Shown here one piece after another: positions 1 through 12,500 of a DNA stretch of 64,000 nt. The translations under genes were made by a program, and so were the position numbers. The notes below the pieces were generated by a model. The model saw nothing but the letters and a program-made list of their open reading frames with translations. It did not search any database and was not told the DNA's origin. The DNA lies in contig NC_087249.1 of the NCBI RefSeq assembly GCF_037042905.1, positions 12,772,001-12,836,000 of the forward strand, written 5' to 3'. Every line of letters starts with the position of its first letter. The first letter of the stretch is position 1. The DNA comes from Lytechinus pictus (Eukaryota).

Positions 1-172
1 CGGCTGTCGCGCAAATTCACTTCCCCGTTTTATCCGATCTTAAGTACATAAACATATGGCCATTGAGTCCCCTGTACAGATCGCGCTAGAACTTCGGTCT
101 CTGTATTTGGTGAGTGAAGCCAACGGAGTTCAGCTGAACAACCAACATAACAGAGACCGAAGCTTTTGGTCT

Positions 173-1215
173 AGCATTGATGATGACTTTAAAATCCTGA
201 AATATACTTCTTCATCATTGATGTCTTGACACTCTTCCCATAGACGCATAAGAGACGGACCAAAACAAAGATGGATTTCCCTAGGAAATTCATCTTTTAA
301 GACCAAAATCACTTGAAGTTTATGAATTTTATTGATTTTTACACCTTCCTACGCCTAATGCGTAGGAAGGTTTTAAAAATGTTAGATAAAAATGTAAAAA
401 ATAAAGGTTTCCTACCTAACTGATGCCGCGTAGACCCCTCGATCCACATGTAAACAACGGAAATACAATAGCGTCGACCCTTGAACCGCTTATGTATGAC
501 GTACATGTACTTCCGGCTAGCAATGCCGTCTTGTTTTTATCTATAAATTGTTCCTCAAATTCATAAACTTTACCACTTGTTCACTGCAACCATCCTGCCT
601 GTGGGGAATCTACAGGTAGAACTATGGTATGCCAATGCTGTACACAGCACACTTTAAAAATCATTAAAATGTCACTTTTGTGACCAAAATTACTAATTTT
701 CATACATTTGCAATTTATTTTTCATTAGTAACCAGGGAATAATTTTTGTATTCACCAGAGCGCTCAAAAACTTAAATTTTTGGCATATTTTTGTATACGC
801 CCTCTATTGGTGGAAAGTAATATGGTAAGAAAATTTACATTTTTCAATGTCTATTTTTAATTAAGAAAAAATAAGTTAAAGAATCAAATTTACTTAAGAG
901 TCAAGTTATATGATGAATAGCTGTAATGGAAACTGACAGTGTAAAAAATCAAGCATTTGTCCCAAAGAAAAAGAGAAAATAAGCCAAACATCGCTACCCT
1001 TATTTTGCAACACATGGAGATGTAACTGAGAACAAGGTTATATCATAACCTTGTTCATTGAATGAGTGAACTTTACGTGATTTTGGTCTTAAAAGATGGA
1101 TTTCCTAGGGAAATCAATCTTTGTTTTGGTCCGTCTCTTATGCGTCTATGGGAAGAGTTTCAAGACGTCAATGATGAAGAAGTATATGTCAGGATTTTAA
1201 AGTCATCATCATTGC
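173..1215. mobile_element. Non-autonomous DNA-transposon-like segment with ~145-bp inverted arms
   Basis: 173-320 is the near reverse complement of 1070-1215, which explains the mirror-image ORFs 130..312(-) and 1062..1349(+). Confidence 0.6.
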
Positions 1216-4200
1216 GTCCTCAAGACTATGACCATCTAATATTAAGTAATAGTATGATGGGGTGTCCAAACTTCGCGCACTTTTCAAAAATATTCATCAG
1301 GCTTAAATTTTTTCAAAAAATATTCATAATTTATACAAAACCAATTTAAGAAATAGTTACTACATTGACGGCAAGATCGTAAACTATAAAATCATGGACG
1401 AAAATGTAAAGTAGGTCAAGGGGACTCGCCGGTATCGCGATCTCAAAATTCTATTCCGATCGGCGGATGCGAGCTGTGCTGGAAAACCGTTCAGAAAAAG
1501 TGTGACCTAACTTCGCGGACCAAAGTTTTTGCGGACATTTAAACAAAAACTCAAGCTCAAAAAGTGAAATATTTATATCAGATTGATGGCAAAATGCTAT
1601 AGAATCGGTTAGTACCACATTTAACTCACATTCTTGATGATTTCTGCTTGCAAAATGGTGATATCGTGATGCTTGTTGAGAATATCAGATTTCTTCAAAA
1701 CGGGCGCTAACGGTGACAAATTTGCCGATCTTTTGCCAATATTTTCATGAGTACTGAACGTACTCATCCTAAAGAAACTTACACTAAAGGGTAATTTTAG
1801 GTCGCTTTTCACGTTGATGTCAGATTTTAAGGATATTGGCTAGTTTTTTAGATAATGACCGTCCGCGAAGTATGGACACGCGCGAAGTTTGGACTCACCA
1901 CCATACTTGTTTTACATGGGTGCACAGTTCATGCAGTTGCAGATACATTTACAGATTCTGAAAAAGTTAAAGTGGCATTTTCACCGAACTCCCTCGAATA
2001 AGATATGCCTCAATGTTAAACAAAAAATAAATCACACTGCCCTGGCCTGGCTCAAGCTCAAGCCATCAAACGAAGTTTCCACTCCATGCACTAGGCCAGG
2101 TCATGCAAGGAGGGTGAACCACCGGCCACCATTCCCCTAAAGTTTACCTCCCCAACGTTCGGGGCGAGTCAACAGGTCAACTCCCATACAAATCTTTCAA
2201 ATTTCCCACGCAATACTCACGGTCATATTCGTTGGAAACTCGCCCGTCGGGGGACTCGTCACTTGAGACACTCCCGTTCGTAGCAATGCCATTACCATTG
2301 TGTGCAACTGTCGCCATATTCGCTACTTTAGCAACATGAAAGAAGAGAAAAGTTCCAAAATATCCGCTAAAATTCCAGTTAAGTCCTAAAGTTGGCTCAG
2401 GTTGGTAAATATTGGGGAGCGGCGTAGCGCTAACACGTTGAACGGTTGGATGCGATGATATGGGTCGCTCGCCGATTAGAGTCGAGGCGCGCGCAAATGA
2501 TACGGCGCGAGTTTGAACGACTTCCCACGACCGTGTCTGGACGTAAACAACAGGTGGTAGTACAGTAGTATGGTCCTCTATTGGTCTGAAGTTCTGGAAC
2601 TATCGCAATCTATATAGCCCGCTATATAGGTCTAGATTCTAGAAACAACTCATTCAATATGCAACCCTATTACAAAGTTGTCTGTGAATTTAGCAAGTGT
2701 GAACAGAAAAGCGAGTGCACAAAGCAAATGGTGATGTCAATAAACTTCGAAGAAAACAAATGTCGCAAAACGTGAGATTCGGGGATTGCAGTACCCGGGA
2801 ATTGCACGAGCAAGTCACCCTAAAAAAGTCATGAGTCATATCGTTTCGGGATCGTTTCATAACACATAACATGCACGTTACCGGGAGAAAATGGCTTAAA
2901 ATATTATATTAATTAAATCATCATTTAAATACTACTAGCCGTACAGTAAACCTACATCTCTTTTGGGATATATGCATGCGAATAGAATCAACTTTTAGAC
3001 AAGAGAGGGCAATCTTCATTATTAGTCGAACACACTCGGTAAGAATTCCGTAAAAAATCGACCACACCCTAATAAGGGCTTACAAAATGTATAACGGTGG
3101 ATGGCTAACCTAGCATATACTAAATGTTATACAGAGAATATCATAATGATATAGCAAGCAATTTATTATGAAAATCAGAAAACCGCCTGAAAGATTATGA
3201 ATACTAAAGAAATGATAGAGCCAGTTGGCAGGGAGCTCTGCCCCCCCCCCCCCCCTCCCTTAAAGAATTTTCGCCGAGAAAACAAAAGGAGGGGAGGAAA
3301 AGCCTGAAAGGAGATAAGGAGGGAAAGTTCTCGAAATAATGGAGGGAAGAAGAGGAAAAGGACGAAGAAAGAAAAATTAAAGAAAAAGAGGGAACAGAGG
3401 AAAACGGAAAGAAGTGGAAAGGGAGGGAAAGAATGAAAGAGAAAGCTGAAATGGTAAGATGATTCCTTCAGCTATTGAAATAAAAAGCCTAGCTCCCGCT
3501 TGTTTTCCGGTGCAATGATAGGGTGGAATATGATTAAGCGCTATTAACTCTTTTTTTTTGTATTTTCTTTCAATTCATGTTTCGTTGTTTTTGTTACCAC
3601 GTTTTTTCTTTTATTTCTTATAGAGGAACACTTATATTATTTAGAAAGTGACATAATAATCGAGAAATTGGGAGGAAGAAGAGGAAGAAGAAGAATATTT
3701 GATTTATTTTTTTCCGTTTCACAATTGTACATAATATGATAAACATAACATAACAAGGTCAAAAATACTACAAGACAAGAAAAATAAGAAGAAGAAGAAG
3801 GAGGAGGAGGAGCCGGGAAAAGGGCGAGGAGGAGAAGAATAAAAATAGAAAATAATGAGAAAAAAGATAGGTTCAAATCAAAATCAAATATTAGAAGAAA
3901 GGGAAAGTCTTCAATTTTGATATATTCCTCTTTTCTTAATTCTCTTTCCTTTGTCTTTTCTTTTCCATTTTGTTTCATTTCTCGTCAGGTCAATATCATA
4001 ATGCAATATATATCTATATACTACTGCCTGCGCTTTGAGCTTTAAATTATTTTGTTTATTGAGATCCTTTGTTTATTCTCAATTAAAAATACCCCCTATT
4101 CATGTCTGAATGTAACAAAATTTCAACTCATGCTTTAAACATGTAGTTGTGATATGTATCCTTTTCAGAAATTCCTACAAACAGTCGTTATGATATGATT

Positions 4201-5751
4201 TCCCCATTTATTTTCTTGTATTTATTATATGATATTATATTGATTAATATTTTGGCCTCAAATATAAAAATAGAATTGACTACTGACTTTTGTAAGGTAA
4301 TCATTGCTACAACTTATTTTCTAAAACACATCTATGAAAATATCAAATAGATAATTATGATTTTATTTATGCATAAGAAAAATGGAAGAAGGGATATGGC
4401 ATCATCAGCCCACCTATCACATATTCATGGCGGCATACATACAACTGTTTTCACAAATTATTGCTAAACTCTATAGAATTAAATAACTTTTATTTCTCAT
4501 CAAATTTTGTTAAATTTTGTTGTTTTGCCAATTGATATTTTTCTATTCAGGGGCAGCAGAACAGGGGGGGGGGCCTTCAGCACGAGCATCCACTTTTTTT
4601 CTTTCCAAAAACGTTTACATAAAAATAAAATTTACCATCTGATTATGAATTTGCATGGTCAGCCCCCTTCCCCATATCAAGGCCGTTCTGCGGCCCCTGC
4701 TAATTATTCACTATCATTAGGCTATATATATGTTCAGCATAGAGATCCTATCACTTTCATTATTTGTTCACAAGTGACATCACACATCTTTGTCGCATTG
4801 CCAATTTGAGGATCTCCATAGCATTGGTGATCGCAATATTCAAATGCTTATAACTTTCTCATTATTTGTCCGATTTTTCTCAAACCTTTTTTGATCTGTT
4901 TCTTTGATTTTTCTGTTTTCACACAATCTATCTTGTTCCAAAGGTTTCATTCTCCTTTAACATTTTAAACAGCGTTTTTACAGTGTTTAAAGCAAGTTAG
5001 TGTGCATTCCATAACATTAGCATTACAAATCATTATTATAAAGAGGAATAATCATGCTTTCAAATGATACCATATTCACATATATGATGGCATACTAAGA
5101 AATTTAACCCTTCAAAGTTGAGTTGCAGAAGTCTTTTTAGGGGTTCATTTATGTATACAAATTTGATAACCAAATCATTAATTCATACTCTAACTGCTCG
5201 TTTTTAATAATTCCTTTTGCATATTTTTATATAGATATTTGAATTTATTCCCTTGTGTTCTTCAGTTTTCATTTCTAATTTCTTAACTCATTGACTTATT
5301 CATGCATTTAGTTATCAATGTGTTTACTTATTTAGGCATTATTGTTATGTCTAGCCGTAGATTGATGAGTCTATGGCTTTATCCGATTATAAGTAAAAAC
5401 CTAGTTTAAAACATATATGAAACAGTAGCCTTAATAGCACCACTTAGAGTTCTCAACAACTCAAATGTGGCCAGGTTCTGAACCTACAATGCAACAGTGT
5501 AGTCTTGAAACATGGGCCAACTGGAATGAAACACACCAATTCACTAGTCAATACATTCACACCATAAGAATCGTAATACCTAAATAGCAAAACAAGTACT
5601 TTTCATCTCAATTTTTTTATCTAAGCAAACAAATAGGCTAATTTATTCTCTATTATCAATAATTATCTATAAAGGTATATTTAAAGATTTCATTTCACAA
5701 TGTCGAACACCTTATACTTAGTGTGTTGTTGAGCCTCTTCTTTCACCTCGC

Positions 5752-6095
5752 GTGAAATCTCGTACCATCACACACCTCATGCGATATCTCGTACCATCAC
5801 ACACCTCACACGAAATCTTGTACCATCACACACCTCATGCGATATCTTGTACCATCACACACCTCATGCGATATCTTGTACCATCACACACCTCATGCGA
5901 TATCTTGTACCATCACACACCTCATGCGATATCTCGTACCATCACACACCTCATGCGATATCTCGTACCATCACACACCTCATGCGATATCTCGTACCAT
6001 CACACACCTCATGCGATATCTCGTACCATCTCACACCTCATGCGAAATCTCGTAACATCACACACCTCATGCAAAATCTTTTACCATCGCACTCA
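5752..6095. repeat. 29-bp minisatellite (ATCTCGTACCATCACACACCTCATGCGAT), about 11 copies
   Basis: Directly visible; produces the three overlapping repetitive ORFs. Confidence 0.95.
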
Positions 6096-6347
6096 TGCCT
6101 ATTCGCTATTTGTATACTGTCACACTCATGCCTATTTGTATAATATAGCACACAGTCTAGGAGAGACCATAAACAATGTTAGTTTGCTCTGCCTTTAATC
6201 TGAGTAAGCCTACATTACCCATCACAGGCTAAACAAAACATTTCATAAGAGCTTTACATAGTTGATGTATTAAATTCAAATAATATCCCTAGATATATAA
6301 ACAAAATGTGCTTAAATATATTAATAACTTAGTATGAAATCGTCCAG

Positions 6348-6529
6348 GAGGCCATTTCATAAAGCTGATCGTAAGCTAAGAGCAACTTTAAGAACGACTG
6401 GTGATCCTTTCTTGTGGTAAATGGTATTGAACATTAAATGTTCATTGGTGAATATTTAGAGGGTAAGAAAGGATCACCAGTCATTCTTAAAGTCGCTCTT
6501 AACTTACAAACAGCTTTATGAAACACCCA
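6348..6529. mobile_element. Fold-back MITE, PIF/Harbinger-like
   Basis: Long inverted arms TTTCATAAAGCTG...CAGCTTTATGAAA; related copies at ~7828-8107 and ~61607-61743. Confidence 0.7.
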
Positions 6530-6832
6530 CCAGTTAATTATATATATGTGATCAGCCACCCAAAAACCAACAATAAGATTGCCAGGAAAGGCTCTCAGTA
6601 ATTTCTGTAATCCTCTGTAATGTTTTAAATAAAAATAAAAAATCATGCAGATAATATATTTTCATCGGCCATCCAAACAGAAGAAAGTTTTTAAGAATCT
6701 CAAAATTTATCCTATGTAAAACACGTTTTCATTTCATATCCTCCACATCACATCTCTTGAATACAAATTTTGGAGGATTTACGAAAGCTAAAGCCAGTGT
6801 TTCAGAGCACTAATATTGTGAGAAAATGTTCA

Positions 6833-7045
6833 GGGGGGTGTTTCACAAAGATTTAAGTGTGACTTAAAGTCATGCTTAGTGCTGATGCGCACATGATTAC
6901 ATAACAAGCAAACTTGTTGATTAATACACAGTAACACACGTCATCTTAGTATAATTGGACCAATGCGGTGATGCCTCTTATTCTGCTCGCAACCGGACAT
7001 TTAAGTGTAACTTTAAGATACACTAACTCTTTGTGACACACCCCC
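6833..7045. mobile_element. MITE with GGGGTGTTTCACAAAG termini
   Basis: TIRs GGGGTGTTTCACAAAGA / TCTTTGTGACACACCCC. Confidence 0.65.
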
Positions 7046-7277
7046 AAGAAGCATTATCTATTCAAGTGATTTGTAAGGTTAGAGTCAAAGAACTCTAAAG
7101 TAATAAATCACAAATCAAAGGCATGCATGCTGTCAGATTGTATAAGTAACATAAACCTGAATACAAAGAGAATGACATAGTAGTGGTAATAAATGGCAAG
7201 AATAGCTTTATGATTTCCACTATGAACTATCGTTACTTGTACATATCCTTCTACATCAGGGGGCATTTCAAAGAGTA

Positions 7278-7692
7278 AAGGACAACGCACACCTTACGAC
7301 CCGACTGGCCTACGAGTGGTATGCGACTGAGTGAGGGGAGATGAATTCCAAGAGGTAGTCACAAGCCTTGACACCTTGCAATCCGACAACCCTGCTATCA
7401 GCGACTCACGCAAGCGCTTTTTGCCATAGCTGAGAAAATGATGCTTACTACTGCGTATGCGCGTTGCATATCATGTACGTGTCGGTATTTAAGTGAGACT
7501 CTGCATCTGATTGGCTGGAAGTTGGATTGAGCTTGCGATCCAGTTGTAAGGATTCAACATGTCAAATCCTTACGATTTTCCTTGCAGTTTGTCTCTGACC
7601 GGTCTGCGATTCTCAAGCTGACAAGAGCTGTGACGTCACATTTCCCTTCACTCAGTCACAGACCAGTTAAGTCGTAAAGTGTGCGGTGGCCA
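7278..7692. mobile_element. MITE with CGCACACCTTACGAC termini
   Basis: Inverted ends; a related element with the same termini lies at ~57244-57660. Confidence 0.65.
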
Positions 7693-7827
7693 CTGACTAT
7701 TTGTTATAAGCTACTGAAATCCTTGCATATGATTGGCTCAGAGCAAATTTAAAAGTGAAACCATTGGTAGGAAATGCTTTATGACACACTCCCAGGCATG
7801 AGATACAGACGTAATGAACCAGCGAAT

Positions 7828-8107
7828 GTTTCATAAAGCTGTTCGTAAAAATATGCATGACTAGAATAGATAATGTTCTTCAGTGCTTTCTACTTAGGAA
7901 TATCATTTACCTCAACAAAAAGTCACCTGGGGCCTGTAACACAAAGCTTGGCAATGATCATACAACATTTTACTAGGATTGATTGCATTGACAACAATGT
8001 AAAATCAATCATGAAAATCGAACATACAATTAATCGCTAACCTTTGTGTCATGGGACCCAGTCGTGCGTAAAGTAATTCCTAACTTGTAAACAGCTTTAT
8101 GAAACAT
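7828..8107. mobile_element. Nested MITEs: GGGCCTGTAACACAAAG element (~7930-8058) inside a TTTCATAAAGCTG element
   Basis: Inner TIRs flanked by CTG/CAG; another inner-family copy at ~47594-47724. Confidence 0.65.
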
Positions 8108-9085
8108 TCAGCTGTTCATCATTATATTAACTAAAGCTGAGGTAATAATAATAATAAACAATGCGCTTCGGAATAGATTATTTCTAGATAGATTATTATT
8201 ATTACATTCAACAAATGATAAATATCCCTTTTCTCTTTATTTCCTTAATAAATATCCTTGCCAGTGTCAAATTTTTTGGGACCACAAAAATATGTTTGAG
8301 TTTGGAGAAACATGTCTTAGAAGAGGTACATAACACATGATGACTGCACACAGGTCTAAAAAAGTGCTTCGATTTGGGCAAATACAACTTATAGGATATC
8401 ATCTATTAAACACAGGTTTACCAGTACAATTTAGACCCTTGTGTCTGTGGAGCCTTTTTTTACTGTTAACATTTAAACAATTATCAACACAATCTTACAC
8501 AAAGTTTTTTTACAAACACAAAGAAAAGTTATTTCAAAATGAATTGTGTACACTGTACATCTACATTTGTACATGTACACCATTCAAGTTGTCTTCCATA
8601 TCATAAATAATTTCATGAATTATTTTATTCCTTAGCATATTCAAATATGTACCTGCATATTTATGACTCATTTCTGAGCCATCACTTGAAATACATTGTA
8701 CATCTATCAAATTATTGTAAATCCCTCATGAAATCACAGTTAAAATCATCTGGCCAGCAGAAGAGTGAGATAACAAGACATTGATGACTTCACATTTGTT
8801 CAATAATGTGTCACTGTTAACGTTACAAATTTCTTATCATGGGGAAAATCGTGAAACAAAGAATTGCAAAGTTCATGAAATTTGAGTGTGGTTGATCCCT
8901 CTTGACGAGTCATGTTGTTTCCCTTTTCAATCCATTGATTTTGATCAATCCAATGATTTCATAAACCAGAAAGTTCATGTATCAAGTCTTTAGCAATGAA
9001 AGAAGTTGCCTCAAGTATCGTGATTGATACTGAGCAATCTAAACCTTCTGTCTGCATAGCGGTTAGCATGAACTGTCCCGAGGGC

Positions 9086-9585
9086 TCTAGTCTCTGATCC
9101 ATCGGTAAGAATACCACCCGTAAATGAGAAATCAGTTTTAAACAGAAATGAGATTAGTAGCTTTCCATGCTGAGTAGCTAGTAGCATGGAGAGGGTTAAT
9201 AGGTAAGATCTTGATGGGTAGATTCCAGACCAGGGTGTCAACGCAGATGTTGTCAGGACCTTGCCAGATAGCGCTCTCAGATTGATCCGTTGGTATACCA
9301 TGCTCGGCGTTAGGCTCCTTGGAGGTGGTGAACTCTCTTGTCTCAGTTTCATTGGCAATAATATCGTCCGTAAATGAGAAATCCGTTTTAAACAGAAATG
9401 AGATTAGTAGCTTTCCATGCTGAGTAGCTAGTAGCATGGAGAGGGTTGATTGGTAAGATCTTGATAGGTAGATTCCAGACCAGGGTGTCAACGCAGACGT
9501 TGTCAGGACCTTGCCATATAGCGCTCTCAGATTGATCTGTCGGTATACCATGCTCCGGGATCGGCTCCTTGGACGTGGTGAACTC
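9086..9585 (-). repeat. 250-bp tandem duplication of the RGP1 terminal coding segment plus proximal 3' UTR (copy 1 ~9585-9336, copy 2 ~9335-9086)
   Basis: EFTTSKEP...ATNLISV* occurs twice, with stops at 9388 and 9138 (offset 250); the ~55 nt after each stop also align. Confidence 0.95.
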
Positions 9586-12500
9586 AAAGTGTAACCTCCA
9601 TCGAAGACACACTGCAAAAAAAAAATAAAATTAAAAACTTGATGGCAACTTGAAAAGTATATTAACTCTGTGCACACTGAATTAATTCTGGGGGGAAAAC
9701 TTGGCAGCAAGTTGAAATATATTTTCAGTCTGTGCACACTGAATGATTTCTGGGGGAAAAATTTATGTGTTAGATGGTCTCATACAGGAGGATTCGCGCC
9801 AATGTCTTTTTTTTCCTTTTCTTTTTCACTGTTACACATGACGCACAATGAGGTTCCAATGAAGTTCTTCCCTACAATCTTCTCGCTGAAAATATTAAAG
9901 TTTAAATGTGATAAATACTTATGCTGAAGTTGAGACTGATCAAATAAATCTTATCAAACTCTTTGTAATACAGGGCCCAAGTCTTAGTTCTCACCTATAT
10001 CGGTAATGAAGGCTGGCGTGACATGCAATGGGATGGGCAGAACCATATGAGAGTGTCGTAGATGAAGACAGAACTCTTGGTGCTTGCTGTGAGAGGCTAC
10101 AGTACTCGCCTGCTGCTGGCGTCTTCGACATTCCTCAGATATCTGCTCTTCACATTGTAAAACTACAGAGTACTGGAACAAAGAAAGATCAAACAAGGTT
10201 ATTACAATGTATTCTGTACTTTGGAAAATATTACAAAACAACAACTTCAATAATAATTATAATATGGTGCATTTATACAGCGCAGCTACTATACGTATGG
10301 TAGATTCTCTACTGTGCTTGATACTTGGTATCATATTATTACCCCGGCCGCAGCGGAACTGCCATATAGGCATTCAAGAAAGAATCCTACTGGGTACCCA
10401 TTCATCCCACCTAGGTCCAGTGCAGCACAATGTAGGTAAATTTCTTGCTAAAGGAAAACATGCTATGGCTGGGATTCGAACCCATATCTCTCTGATTGAA
10501 AAACGAGTCTTAACAATTACACCACGACGTCCCCACAAAATAAGGGAACAAAAATTAATTCACTCTCCGCAGTTCAAAGAAAACAAAAAGGATTGTTTTT
10601 TCCTCTTTGTCTTACTTTACCAAACCTACATTTCAAAGGGAGGTGGGGGGGAGGGGAGGGCGGGGCTTACTTCATGGAGATGATATAATTCCTTGTAAAG
10701 TTACAATTGTCATCATGTACCATTTGTTGCCATTCCTACCCTCCTCACCCCCTTCCCATGATATGATAACTGGAGCACACTAAAAACATGAATCGTACAT
10801 AAAATGATAAATCTTCACCAACATTTTTCTATCCATGAAATAATTTCACCTTCTCTTAAAGGAAAGAAAAAAAGAAGAAAATATCACTATAAACATTACA
10901 CATACGACCAAAATCATCAATTAAACCTTGCCAATGACTTACTTGTAGACATGCCACCGATGCATCTGAGAAATCAATGGTTCCAATGATATCCTCCCCT
11001 AGCTTGAAGGCAGGTTTGAAGAGACAGAACTTGGCCACTACTCCTTGGGAGTTGGTAATGTTGTAGGAATCTGGGGAGTTTTTCACAAAACACATTTTCA
11101 TAGACTAATTGTTTTAAGCTATTGAAATCCTTGCAGCTTATTGGCTCATTCTGACAAGATGTTTTATGAAACACTGCTCTGATGGAAATGTCTGACATAA
11201 TTTTGATTGATCTGGGTCCTGTCTTACAAAGAGTTATATGATTGATCCCATCAACCTCAACTATATGGAAATCCATCAACGTCATAATTTTTCCTACGCG
11301 AAATCTTTACAATGTCCTTTGTCAGCAAAGAGAAGCACACTGGATTGTCAAGACAATGATAAATGTATGAGCATACACAGTATCTATAAAACATTTTGAA
11401 AAAACATGAATTTTTTATGTTGACGTTGCTGGCTTTCCAAAGTTGTGGTTGATCGGATCTATCGCAACTCTTCGTAAGACGGGGCCCTGGTCAATATTCA
11501 TTGATTCTCACTCTGACTTCATATCATGATGATTGTCATTCTCTGACAGTTGCCATAGTAACAGTCAGAGGCTTTAAAATGATATATAGCATGTCAAAAT
11601 TTATAACCAATAAGCCCACATGTATTTGATTGAATGTAGAAGAATTCAGTGAGAGCTTCAAAGATTAAGGAGAAAACAAGGTTTAAAATTTGGTGCTTAC
11701 TCAAGCACAAGATATGCACACTATACAATCTCAGTGAAACACAGTCTGGAAAAAAGTGGTGACAAAGATACTCTTGTAGCTTGTGTTTCATTTAACTTTA
11801 CACCTTCAAATTTTGACAGAATGACGAAGAAGATCTGTTCCTTCATATTAGCTAATTGTCTAATTCTGACTATTTGAAGATTAAATCACAATTCTTTTAT
11901 TGAAAGAGAACCTTCCATGGTGACATATTGGTGTTGGGGTGGTGCGAAGCAAAGTCAGGTCAGGGCCAATTATGTCATTACAATTTGGAACTGAATTTGC
12001 TTTTATTCTTACAGAGAGGCTCGAACTAGACTGAATTTTGATTATAGTAATCCTACCGCCATTCTAAAATCTAATCGCTAAGAATTTATTGGTTGGACTG
12101 TTCAAATCAAATAGTATTTACAATTTCTTTAAAATTCAGATCGCAACGAATCGTCTAGTGTGCGCTGGGCTTTAGACTTACTTGGGCTTTTTCTTGAAGT
12201 GATGGTGGTTAGAATCTGAACAGCTCGGTCTAGGAGGGTATTCTTTGGTCTATCGCCTTCTAAGAAAGGGTTTGCAGCATCCGTCTGGTTTGCTCCTTCA
12301 AATATCGTGGCTTCATCGAGACCTGTCATATCATTGAGAGCACAGTGACATCACTTTTAAAGTAGGCACCCAATGAATCAAGGGTACTTTGGGAAGCCAT
12401 AAAAAGCAAATAAATAAATTAATAAATAAATTCCCTTTTCAAACAGGGAATGGGGCTCGCAACCATCTCTCCAAATGAGGAACTTTCCATCCAGATTTTC

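Noticed and set aside
130-1349. Two similar ORFs on opposite strands as a gene pair
   Set aside because: They are the two arms of an inverted repeat; no recognisable domain or splice structure.
2150-2650. GC/CpG-rich stretch as the promoter or first exon of another gene
   Set aside because: No supporting coding exons or recognisable product in the window; could equally be repeat-derived.
5752-6198. Repeat array as CRISPR or a repetitive protein
   Set aside because: Head-to-tail 29-bp units with no unique spacers in a eukaryotic context; the ORFs exist only because the unit lacks stops.
9385-9392. -1 slippery heptamer T_TTA_AAA at the RGP1 stop
   Set aside because: Not in the required phase (RGP1 codons are GTT TAA); only a +1 or -2 shift reaches copy 2 in frame.
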